Program-made: the position numbers and the translations under genes | The notes under the pieces: generated by a model | What the model was told of the DNA's origin: nothing | What the model saw: only the letters and a program-made list of their open reading frames with translations | Database searches by the model: none | Shown: piece by piece, positions 28,646 through 37,363 of the stretch | How the letters are laid out: each line of letters begins with the position of its first letter | Position numbering within the stretch: the stretch's first letter is position 1 | NCBI GenBank assembly: GCA_964472315.1 | Contig: CAYYJS010000016.1 | Location: 265 to 64,264, forward strand | Direction of reading: 5' to 3' | Length of the DNA stretch: 64,000 nucleotides | From: an uncultured Victivallales bacterium | GTDB lineage: Bacteria > Verrucomicrobiota > Kiritimatiellia > UBA8416

Positions 28646-31600
28646 TCAGGCGACCCATGCCACGCGGCCGATGCGCGTGAAGACCAGACCGCACGCGATC
28701 GCCGTCTCCGGCACGGCGAGGATGCGCCCGAGCGCTTTGCGATAGAGCTGCATCTGCGGACGGTAGTGCTCGGCCTTGTCGGCGCACGCGCGTGCCGTGT
28801 CCTCGATCCGGTTGCTCTTGTAGTCGAGGATCGTCACCGCGCACACCCGGTCGTCGGCATCGCGCTCGATCACGACGCGGTCGAACTGCCCCGACACCCA
28901 GGTGTCGTCGATCACGATCTCGAAGCTGCGCTCGCGCCATAACGCCACGCGCGCGGCCGCCGGCCGCGACAGGGCCTTGCGCACGTCGTCGGTACGCATG
29001 GCGTGCTGGAACTGAACCGCGACGTCGCGTCGCACCGGCTCCGTCGCCGTCGCGGCAGCCCCCCACGCGGCGACGATCGCCGCGGGATCGGCATCCTCGA
29101 TGAACGCCACCTTCTCGAACAAGCTGTGAATCGCGGTTCCGAAATCGAGCACGTCGCGAACGTCCGGCGCGAATAACTTCGCCGCCTGAATACCCCGATC
29201 GTCCTGGAGCGAAGGCTCCTGGCGCGCCAGACGGCGGCGCATCGACGGCCGCCCGGCAAACGCCGCCGGCCGCCCCGCGGCCGCCGCCGGCGGGGTTTCG
29301 CGCGCGCGTTCGGGAAGCGCGCGGAACCACGCGGGATCGCCGGACGCGTACAGACACACGGCATCGGCCCCCGCCAGCCTCAGATTGGGCCGGCCATCCG
29401 TCGCGGACCCTTCGGTCAGGACAGTCTTGAGCAGCGCCGCGGCATCGAGGCTGGACGCCGTCTTTCCCGGATACCGCGTCACCAGATAAAGCCCGCGTTT
29501 GGCACGCGTCAACGCCACGTACAGCACACTCAACGCGTCCAGCGCCGCGGCGGCGTCACCCGCCGCCTGCTCGTCCGCCAGCACCGTGACCGCCTCGGCG
29601 ACCACGCGACGCGGCATCCGGAGGACCCACCGCGGTTGCTGGGTGCGCGGATCCCGCGCCAGATGCAGCTCGCCGCTGTCCCCGTGCGACATCGAACGGC
29701 CCATCAGATCGGGCACGATGACCACGTCGAATCCAAGCCCTTTGGCTTGGTGAACCGTCATGACACGCACCGCATGCGCCGCGGCCGACTCCGTAATGCG
29801 GTGGGCCTGCACGAACCGCACAAAAGCATCGACGTCGATACCGCCCGTCTGGTCATACGCGGCGGCGGCTTCGAGCAACTCGTCCAGCCGGCGCCGCCCG
29901 AAGGCATCCAGCACGCCCAGTTCGCCGAGGGTCCGCCCCAACCCACGCAGGCATTCCTGAAAGCCATGGGCCGCCACCGTGTCGAGAATGTGGCGCGACG
30001 CGTCGCCGCACGACCGACCGCGGAACCAGTCGCCGGCCGCCAGCGGACTCATCTGGATGTGGCGCAGCGCAACCGTATCGCCGGGATGCGCCGCAAAACG
30101 CATGACCGCCAGCATCAGCGCCACGACCGGGTTGTCGACGATCGTCGCCCGGCCTTCATGGACCACCGGCATGTCCGGACACCGGCGGCGCAACACGTCG
30201 ACCAAGTCGCCCCCGGCGCGGTTGGTCCGCACGAGCACCGCCACGTCCAGTCCGCGCGACAAGGGCCGCAACTCGTTCAGGAGATCGGCCACGGTCGCGT
30301 ACTCGTCCTCGACCTCGGGCTTCGCCCCGTCGGCACGATACGGTTCGAGCAGCATGGCACAGCCTGACACATCCGCCAATGTGCCCGAGCACGAGTGCGT
30401 CCGCCAGATGGCCGCCCAGTCAGCCACCGTCTCGGGCGGCAGCCCCGCGACGTCCCCCAGCCCGCCGAACACGCGGTTGACCGTATCGATGATCGGCGGG
30501 CAGGAGCGATAGGAGGCATTCAGCGGCTGCTCTTCCAGACGGCGCGCATAGCGCTCGCGCACCGCGCCGAACAGGCGCGCGTTGCCGCCGCGCCACCCGT
30601 AGATCGCCTGCTTGACATCGCCGACATAGAACAGGCTGCGCGTGCCGGAGTCGTCCTGGACGAGTTCGTCGACCAGATTGCTCAGAACGGCCCATTGCAG
30701 GTCGCTCGTGTCCTGGAATTCGTCAAGCAGCCAATGATCGAGGCGGCAGTCGAGGCGGTAGTCGATGTAGAGTCGGCCCGGCGCATCCGGCATACGACTG
30801 ATCGACAGACCTCCCGCGAGCGGACTCGCCGGCGTGAGCAGGTACTGAGCGTCCTCGAACGTAAAGCGCCCCGAACGGCGCAGTTCGTCCGCGTAGGCCT
30901 TCTCGAAGAGCGACAAGACACGGTGCAGACCGCGGGTGCGCTCGCAGGCGACCCTCAACTCGCTCCACAGAACATGCCGTACGAGGGCCAGCACGTCATG
31001 GGCCGCCGCGCCGGGAATGACGCAGACCACACGGTCCATCCGCACCGCGGCGGAACCGCGCAACAAGTCCGGAGCCACCGGCAGAAGCTTGACGAACAGG
31101 TACTCCAGCGGCCCGCTCCAGACGCCCCCCGGACCGAAGAAGGACACGGCATCGAGAAACGCCCGCCAACGCGCTGCCAGGCGATCGTCCGTCGCCCCGT
31201 CCACAAGCGCCACACGCACACGCGCCACCACGGCCTCCAGATCGTCCACTGGCGAAGGGAACTGCCCCGCGCACGGCCAGATGCACGCCGGTTCGCCCCA
31301 GCGCGCACCATCCGGCAACACACGGTAGGGTGCGCGGCCGTCGGACAGAAACTCGCCGAGCTGCCGGCCCAGCGCCTTGTCCTCGTGCCCGAACGTGGCC
31401 TGCTTGAACGCCTCGAAAAACGCCCGCTGCAGACGCCCCCCGACCGCCCCCGGATCGAAAATGCCGCGCAAGACCTCGAACCGCAGGTCCTCGGCCGCCG
31501 GACTCTCGCCATCCACGATGGTAAACTCGGACGCCACGCCCAACTCGCCCGGAAACGCGCGCACCACCGAGATGATGAAACTGTCCAGCGTGCCGATGTG

Positions 31601-31906
31601 GAGCCGATGCAAACTGTCGAGAAAGACGCGGAGCAGACCCCGAAACACGTCCGGCCCCGCGGAAGGCATATCGATCAGACACCCCGTGCGCGCGGCGACG
31701 CCGGCATCGTCGGACGCCTTCCACAGATAGCCGACGATGGAGTCGAAAATCTCGCCGGCCGCCTTGCGCGAGAACGTCAGCGCGCAGATCCGTTCGGGCG
31801 CGACACCACCCGCCAGCAACCGGATGTAGCGGTGCGCGAGTTGGAACGTCTTGCCGGAACCGGCCGACGCCGCGATGGCCAGATTGGGTAGCGCACGCGG
31901 TGTCAT
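28646..31906 (-). CDS. UvrD/AddA-like helicase-nuclease subunit A
   Basis: Walker A AASAGSGKTF, UvrD-type helicase motifs (FDEFQDTS, VGDVKQAIYGWRG) and a C-terminal PD-(D/E)XK (ILDYKSN). Confidence 0.8.
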   Translation of the reverse strand: MTPRALPNLAIAASAGSGKTFQLAHRYIRLLAGGVAPERICALTFSRKAAGEIFDSIVGYLWKASDDAGVAARTGCLIDMPSAGPDVFRGLLRVFLDSLHRLHIGTLDSFIISVVRAFPGELGVASEFTIVDGESPAAEDLRFEVLRGIFDPGAVGGRLQRAFFEAFKQATFGHEDKALGRQLGEFLSDGRAPYRVLPDGARWGEPACIWPCAGQFPSPVDDLEAVVARVRVALVDGATDDRLAARWRAFLDAVSFFGPGGVWSGPLEYLFVKLLPVAPDLLRGSAAVRMDRVVCVIPGAAAHDVLALVRHVLWSELRVACERTRGLHRVLSLFEKAYADELRRSGRFTFEDAQYLLTPASPLAGGLSISRMPDAPGRLYIDYRLDCRLDHWLLDEFQDTSDLQWAVLSNLVDELVQDDSGTRSLFYVGDVKQAIYGWRGGNARLFGAVRERYARRLEEQPLNASYRSCPPIIDTVNRVFGGLGDVAGLPPETVADWAAIWRTHSCSGTLADVSGCAMLLEPYRADGAKPEVEDEYATVADLLNELRPLSRGLDVAVLVRTNRAGGDLVDVLRRRCPDMPVVHEGRATIVDNPVVALMLAVMRFAAHPGDTVALRHIQMSPLAAGDWFRGRSCGDASRHILDTVAAHGFQECLRGLGRTLGELGVLDAFGRRRLDELLEAAAAYDQTGGIDVDAFVRFVQAHRITESAAAHAVRVMTVHQAKGLGFDVVIVPDLMGRSMSHGDSGELHLARDPRTQQPRWVLRMPRRVVAEAVTVLADEQAAGDAAAALDALSVLYVALTRAKRGLYLVTRYPGKTASSLDAAALLKTVLTEGSATDGRPNLRLAGADAVCLYASGDPAWFRALPERARETPPAAAAGRPAAFAGRPSMRRRLARQEPSLQDDRGIQAAKLFAPDVRDVLDFGTAIHSLFEKVAFIEDADPAAIVAAWGAAATATEPVRRDVAVQFQHAMRTDDVRKALSRPAAARVALWRERSFEIVIDDTWVSGQFDRVVIERDADDRVCAVTILDYKSNRIEDTARACADKAEHYRPQMQLYRKALGRILAVPETAIACGLVFTRIGRVAWVA

Positions 31907-34719
31907 GACAGGGGCTCCACCGCGTCCGCGACGGGCACCCCCGCCACCAGCGGATCGCACACGTCGTACGACACGCGCTCGACTGGAGGCCAGAAACGCC
32001 TCTCGGCAATGGCCAGCGCCACACCCCGCGCACACGCCATGGCCGTCTCGTGAAGGGCCTCGTTCATCTCGTCCCATACGGCCATGCCGGTATCCACGAT
32101 CGCTTTCGGCAGGTTGAAATACGCCAGCTCGATGTCGCCGCCGAGACCCATGGCCGTGACCATGGCCCGGTAGAGCGGCAACTGGAGGTCGGTCCAGCAA
32201 AGGTTGCGCCCGCGCACCTGGATCCCGGCCAAGGCAAAGGACGGCGTGTCCGCGCGCGCCGTGGACAGGTGGCTCTCGGCGGGATGCACGGCGCGGTCCG
32301 AAGTCTTGTAGTCGATCACACGCAGCGTCCCGCGGTCACGGTGGCGGTCCACACGGTCGATGCGGCCGCTGACCGTCAAACCGCCCACCTGAAGCGTCGC
32401 CTTCTGTTCCACGCGCAGGGGCTCCCATCCGACCGTCGGGAGCGCCACGTGACACTGCGCCGCCGCATGCAGCCGCTGCACGGCCGCATCGAGCGCCACC
32501 AGCACCGGCAGCGCCGGGCGGGCGCCGTAGCGACGGCGAACCCACGCGCGCGCGGCGCCTTCCAGAGCGTCGCCGAGGAGACCGGCATCCGACAGCGCGT
32601 ACAGCTCCGGATCCGCAAGCTGTTCGAGCACGTGATGGACCAGGCTGCCGAAGTCCCGGGCGTCCAGCTCGCGCTTGTCGTCCGACAACGACGCCATGTC
32701 CAGCAGGTGTGTCAGGTAGAAACGGAACGGACAGGCCAGGTAGTCGTGGAACGCCGTCACCGGAAGCCGCTCGATCGTGCGCTCTTCCGCCTTGACGCCG
32801 GCGGCCGCCGGCCGCAACCGGAAGCTCACCGTGGCCGGACAGGTCAGCCGCTCCTCGCGCGGCGCGTCGAACAGGCGCGCGGCGCGCCCCGGCAGGTCCG
32901 CCTCGGGGCACCGGAACAGCAGCCGCGACGGTCGCAGCGGATCGCCCGCGCCACTGACCTTCCCGCAGATCAACCGGACCACCCCGTCGCGGCGCCGACA
33001 CGCACACATGGCGCTCAACAGATAGACATCGCGCGCCAGACGCAAGGCATCGTGCCGCAGCCCGAGACGGACGCGCAACGCATCGGGTAGAAAGACATCG
33101 CTCAACCGGCCATCCGGCACGCATCCTTCGTTCATCCCGGTCACGATCAACACCGCGGCATTGTTCCAGGGCAGTTCGAGCCACCCCTCCAGGTCGACCT
33201 GCGCGGCGTCACGGTCGCACGGGTAACTCGACTCGCCCAGTCGGCTGACGAAAAGCTGAAGACGGTCGGCCTCCGACAGATCGAGCGACTCCATCGCGGC
33301 CGCACGGAATTCGTCCAGAACATCCATCACACACCCCGCGGCACGCAGGAAATCCTGATCCGTCCCGTCGTTCGCATCCAGCATGCGGCCGGCATATACG
33401 TCCCGCAACAGCGCGGCCACCGCGTCGTGTACCGAAGCGACGCCCAATGGAGCGATCAGCGCATCCAGCGCCGCCAGCGCCGCGCCGAGCGCGGTCGCGC
33501 GGTCGGGTGGTTTGCGCGCCAGCACCGCGCGCACCGCGGACACATCGGGCGGAAGATGGTCGTTCTGGAGCCGGTCCAACTCGGTCAGCACCGCATCGCC
33601 GGCCACGCCGCCGGTGGACGCGACTCGACCCAGCAGATCCGGGTGGCGCAAGGCCGCGCGAAGCGCCTCATACGACCCATCGCGATGCAACGCGACGACT
33701 GCCGCGATCAGGTGAAACAGACGATGGCGCGACATCGGCCGGTCGCCGGGATCGAAGGCCCGCAGGCCCTGGTCGGACAAGGCCGCCATCACGTGAGGGA
33801 TAACCTCGACGTCCGGCACGCCGATCGCCAGATCGCCAGCCCCCCAGCGCGCGTCGACCGCCTCGATCGTATCGATGACACAGGCCGCCTGCGCCTCCGG
33901 CGTACCCGCCAGCAGAATGCCATCGGCGCCGTCCGGCAACGGGATCTCACGCGTACGCCAGGCGTCCGGAAGCGGCCGCCCCCACCCGTCGAACAACGAC
34001 TCCAGCGACTCCGGCGCGTGGATCAGGACCTCCACCGAAACCGTATCGGCGAGGCGCTCCAGCGCCCGCAACGTCAGCAGAGACGGGTCCGGAACGCCGG
34101 CGACGACAACCCGCGAGACGCCCTCCGGCAACACGGGGCGTTCCGCCCGGCGCATCTTGACATCGCATGGGTCGGCGACGCCAAACGCATGCGCCTGCTC
34201 GCGATAGCGCTGCTCAAGCGCCGCCAGTTCGACCCAACGCTCCCGTTCGGGCAACGCCTCCCCAAGGCGCGCCACGACGTCCGCGATCGTCACGCCGCCA
34301 TCCGCCAGCACCGCCCGCAAGGACTGGAACTGACGTCCCGTCCGCAGCGCCCATGCCGCGTCACACCCACCCTCCGGAACCTTCAGGGCAATCGGAAAGG
34401 CGTCGGGAGGAACCGCCCGCAAGGTATGCGCCCACACCGCTTGCGAAACGGCCGCCGAGCATTCGACGACCGGCGACTCGCCACCCGTCACCAGGAAGTA
34501 CGACGGCGGAACCACGTGGACCGACAGCGCCGCCCCGTCGCCCGCCCCGCACCGCGCCGCCAGACACTCGCGAAGGCGCCGCCCCGCCTGTTGCGTCGGT
34601 GTGACGATCAGCAGCGCGCCAAGGTCGACCGTCCCCGGCGTCCCTCCCGGCAGGATGTACTCGCAGACGGATTCCGTCAGGAAGCGATCCCATCCCAGAA
34701 ATCGACGTACCACCGACAT
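31903..34719 (-). CDS. AddB-like PD-(D/E)XK nuclease subunit B
   Basis: ATGA overlap with subunit A. C-terminal nuclease motif GRIDRVD...RVIDYKT and an upstream DYLACPFRFYL motif. Confidence 0.7.
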   Translation of the reverse strand: MSVVRRFLGWDRFLTESVCEYILPGGTPGTVDLGALLIVTPTQQAGRRLRECLAARCGAGDGAALSVHVVPPSYFLVTGGESPVVECSAAVSQAVWAHTLRAVPPDAFPIALKVPEGGCDAAWALRTGRQFQSLRAVLADGGVTIADVVARLGEALPERERWVELAALEQRYREQAHAFGVADPCDVKMRRAERPVLPEGVSRVVVAGVPDPSLLTLRALERLADTVSVEVLIHAPESLESLFDGWGRPLPDAWRTREIPLPDGADGILLAGTPEAQAACVIDTIEAVDARWGAGDLAIGVPDVEVIPHVMAALSDQGLRAFDPGDRPMSRHRLFHLIAAVVALHRDGSYEALRAALRHPDLLGRVASTGGVAGDAVLTELDRLQNDHLPPDVSAVRAVLARKPPDRATALGAALAALDALIAPLGVASVHDAVAALLRDVYAGRMLDANDGTDQDFLRAAGCVMDVLDEFRAAAMESLDLSEADRLQLFVSRLGESSYPCDRDAAQVDLEGWLELPWNNAAVLIVTGMNEGCVPDGRLSDVFLPDALRVRLGLRHDALRLARDVYLLSAMCACRRRDGVVRLICGKVSGAGDPLRPSRLLFRCPEADLPGRAARLFDAPREERLTCPATVSFRLRPAAAGVKAEERTIERLPVTAFHDYLACPFRFYLTHLLDMASLSDDKRELDARDFGSLVHHVLEQLADPELYALSDAGLLGDALEGAARAWVRRRYGARPALPVLVALDAAVQRLHAAAQCHVALPTVGWEPLRVEQKATLQVGGLTVSGRIDRVDRHRDRGTLRVIDYKTSDRAVHPAESHLSTARADTPSFALAGIQVRGRNLCWTDLQLPLYRAMVTAMGLGGDIELAYFNLPKAIVDTGMAVWDEMNEALHETAMACARGVALAIAERRFWPPVERVSYDVCDPLVAGVPVADAVEPLS

Positions 34720-35161
34720 GCGCCGGATGCTAGCACAGGCCATTCTCGCGACGCAACCGCCGGATGCTTCGTCCAGCGGTTCACGCATCTCTCGGTCATG
34801 ACGGGCCGATCTGGCGCGGTGGTATGCAGCGTGTCACGACGACACATACCGGGAAGTCGTATTGGGTCATTTTGACACTGACACAATGGGCTTCGCAATC
34901 GGCCGCGGAATCGCTAATCCATTCATCGATAGCTAGATACATATCTCAGTCGGATCTTCCAAGACGGTGCAACTGCCGTACCGGGCCGACTCGCAAAACG
35001 TGAAAGCGGGCTACCGGAACGGGATTCTGAGAGTGACGGCGCCGCGGACCGCCGAGGAGAAACCACGGCGGATCGCCATCGAAGCCGCATAGCCGCGACA
35101 CACGTCCGGAACGACGAATACATAAGGGCGGCATGGCAGCCGCCGGGAGGATGGAGACACC

Positions 35162-35563
35162 ATGACAACGCAATCCGTACAGAAGAAACAGAATGACGCG
35201 GTGCAGACCGCGGAAGCACGCCCGACCCGCGCGCGCATTCCATACGTGGACATTTTCGAGAACGCGGACGCCTTGCTGATCCGGGCCGAAGTGCCGGGCA
35301 CGGACGAGGCGTCGACGGAACTGACGGTGGAAGACAACGTCCTGTCCATCACCGCCCGGGCCGGCGTTCCGAGCCCCGGCGAGGGGTACCGGGTGTTGTT
35401 CGCCGAGTACGACACCCAAGTGGTTTACCAACGTGCATTCGAGCTTTCGGACGCCATCGATACGAGCGCGATCACGGCGCGCCTGCGCAACGGCGTCCTC
35501 GAAGTCGTGCTCGGAAAGAAGGAGGAATCCAAACCGCGGCGCATCTCGGTCAACGCCGCGTAG
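35162..35563 (+). CDS. Hsp20/alpha-crystallin small heat-shock protein
   Basis: PYVDIFENADALLIRAEVPG...RAFELSDAID...ARLRNGVLEVVL. Confidence 0.9.
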   Translation: MTTQSVQKKQNDAVQTAEARPTRARIPYVDIFENADALLIRAEVPGTDEASTELTVEDNVLSITARAGVPSPGEGYRVLFAEYDTQVVYQRAFELSDAIDTSAITARLRNGVLEVVLGKKEESKPRRISVNAA

Positions 35564-35584
35564 TCCGTGCCAAGGCCAAAGAAA

Positions 35585-35642
35585 GGGTTGTCAGCGCGTG
35601 CGCGCCTGCTAGCATGTTCCGATTCGCATGCGCTGACAACCC
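35585..35642. repeat. Perfect 13-bp inverted repeat with 32-nt spacer
   Basis: GGGTTGTCAGCGC (35585-35597) and GCGCTGACAACCC (35630-35642), between hsp20 and the downstream peptidase gene. Confidence 0.8.
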
Positions 35643-35663
35643 GCTATCGACAAGGAATACGCC

Positions 35664-36362
35664 ATGTTTGTTGGAATGGACCCGCTCTACTGGTTGCTGG
35701 CCCTGCCCGGATTGATTCTGGCCGGCATCGCCACCCTGATGACCAAGTCGACGTTCTCGCGCTACGCGCGCACACGTGCGGCATCCGGCATGACCGGCGC
35801 CGAGGCGGCGGCGCGCCTGCTGGAGGCCGGCGGCATCCGGGATGTGCGCATCGAGCCCGTGCGCGGGTTCCTGTCCGACCACTACGACCCCCGATCGCGC
35901 ACGCTGCGTCTATCGCCGGAGGTCTACGGATCGCCCTCGCTATCGGCCATCGGCGTAGCGTGCCATGAAGCCGGCCACGCCCTGCAGCACGCATCGCGCT
36001 ACGCGCCGCTCATGGCCCGATCCGCCTTGGTGCCGCTCGCCCAGTTCGGCAACAGCGCCGCCTATGTGTTCTTCCTTCTCGGCATCCTTTTCCATGCGCC
36101 AGGGCTGGCCCAGCTCGGGGCGATTGTCTTCGTCGGCGCCGTGGCGTTTTCGCTCGTGACGCTCCCCGTGGAATGGGACGCCAGCGCGCGCGCCAAACGC
36201 CTCATGGTCAGCAGCGGCATCGTCGCGCCCGGCGAGGCGGCCGCCGCCGCACGCGTGCTGAACGCGGCGTTCCTGACCTACGTCGCCGCCGCGATAACCG
36301 CCTTGCTGACGCTGCTCTATTACCTCCTGCGATCCGGATTGCTCGGCGGACGGAACAAGTAG
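35664..36362 (+). CDS. Membrane zinc metallopeptidase (YugP / Zn_peptidase_2 family)
   Basis: SDHYDPRSRTLRLS...GVACHEAGHALQH with flanking TM helices. Confidence 0.8.
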   Translation: MFVGMDPLYWLLALPGLILAGIATLMTKSTFSRYARTRAASGMTGAEAAARLLEAGGIRDVRIEPVRGFLSDHYDPRSRTLRLSPEVYGSPSLSAIGVACHEAGHALQHASRYAPLMARSALVPLAQFGNSAAYVFFLLGILFHAPGLAQLGAIVFVGAVAFSLVTLPVEWDASARAKRLMVSSGIVAPGEAAAAARVLNAAFLTYVAAAITALLTLLYYLLRSGLLGGRNK

Positions 36363-36373
36363 CCGGAGCGCGA

Positions 36374-36772
36374 ATGACCACCATGCATCACCTCGCTCAG
36401 ATTGCGGCGGTTGGCATCGGCGGCGGACTCGGCGCCATCGGCCGCCACGCCCTCGGCGGCTGGATCCTCCACCGATCCGGGGCCGGGCATTTTCCCCTCG
36501 GCACGCTCATCGTCAACATCGCGGGGTGTCTGGCGATCGGCCTCGTCGGCGGTCTCGCCGAGCGGCATCACGCCTTCACGCCGGCCATGCGCATTTTCCT
36601 GATCCCCGGCCTGCTGGGCGGGTTCACCACGTTTTCGGCGTTCGGCTTCGAGACCCTGTACCTTCTGCGGAGAGGCGACTGGTGGATGGCCGCCGTGTAT
36701 GTCATGGTCAGCGTATCCGTCGGCATCGGCGCCGTGGGCTTGGGGTTGAGCTGCGCCGGCGCGGACCGGTGA
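36374..36772 (+). CDS. crcB: Fluoride channel CrcB/FluC
   Basis: GGGLGAIGRH...PLGTLIVNIAGC..IG...GFTTFSAFGFE, about 132 aa with four TM helices. Confidence 0.85.
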   Translation: MTTMHHLAQIAAVGIGGGLGAIGRHALGGWILHRSGAGHFPLGTLIVNIAGCLAIGLVGGLAERHHAFTPAMRIFLIPGLLGGFTTFSAFGFETLYLLRRGDWWMAAVYVMVSVSVGIGAVGLGLSCAGADR

Positions 36773-36811
36773 CGGACGGGCGCCGCGCGCACCACAATCA
36801 GAGTAAAAATA

Positions 36812-36841
36812 TTGCCTTTTGCGTGCAATTTTTTCTATAAT
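36812..36841 (+). promoter_or_regulatory. Near-consensus sigma-70-type promoter in an AT-rich island
   Basis: TTGCCT (36812-36817), 18 nt, TATAAT (36836-36841), about 70 nt upstream of ATG 36912, which has a GAGGTGA Shine-Dalgarno sequence. Confidence 0.55.
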
Positions 36842-36911
36842 ACAAATGCATTAGTGCTATAGTGCGAAAAACCTCGAAAGGTTCGGGGTAGCCAAACAAG
36901 CGAGAGGTGAT

Positions 36912-37184
36912 ATGGCAAAGCGCAGCAACAAAAAGGGCGGCAAGCGTAAATCGGTGGTCACCATTCTGGCGGCGCGGTTGCACGCGTGGCGCAAGCGCCA
37001 GGGAGTCCCGCTGAAGCACGTGGCGCAGGACCTGGGTGTGTCCGTGTCCGTGATCAGCCAGTGGGAGCGCGGATTGCGTTTCCCCTCCGCCCGCAATATC
37101 GACAACCTCGCCGGGTACCTGAATATTCCGGTGTGCTGTCTGATGTTCGACGGCGAAGGGCCCTGCCCGCACCACGGCGCATAG
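36912..37184 (+). CDS. Small XRE-family helix-turn-helix regulator with Cys/His-rich tail
   Basis: LHAWRKRQGVPLKHVAQDLGVSVSVISQWERG is an HTH_3 pattern. The C-terminus reads VCCLMFDGEGPCPHHGA. Confidence 0.75.
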   Translation: MAKRSNKKGGKRKSVVTILAARLHAWRKRQGVPLKHVAQDLGVSVSVISQWERGLRFPSARNIDNLAGYLNIPVCCLMFDGEGPCPHHGA

Positions 37185-37242
37185 ACCCGCACACCGCGTC
37201 CGTGCGGCGCGCGTTGCGGTTTCCCACGCGATTTGGCCATGC

Positions 37243-37269
37243 GGGGGCTACGTCAGGTGCGTAGCCCCC
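37243..37269. terminator. Perfect 10-bp stem hairpin between convergent genes
   Basis: GGGGCTACG-tcaggtg-CGTAGCCCC with flanking G/C, between the XRE stop (37184) and the kinase stop (37364). Confidence 0.6.
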
Positions 37270-37363
37270 GATTGCCAGACGGCAGGCGCGCGGCGAGCGC
37301 CTCCGGCGTCCCGTGACGGCCGCGCCGACACCGGATGCATATCCGGCGTGCAATGAGGCGAAT

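Noticed and set aside
34789-35161. CIRCE, ROSE or sigma-32 elements upstream of hsp20
   Set aside because: No TTAGCACTC-n9-GAGTGCTAA and no CTTGAAA/CCCCAT pair was found. The only structure is a 6-bp hairpin, GGCGGC-atggca-GCCGCC (35127-35144). It abuts the GGGAGGA ribosome-binding site but does not sequester it.
36363-36373. Fluoride riboswitch expected upstream of crcB
   Set aside because: Only 11 nt separate crcB from the preceding gene, so there is no room for a crcB-motif RNA. crcB is probably co-transcribed with the YugP-like gene.
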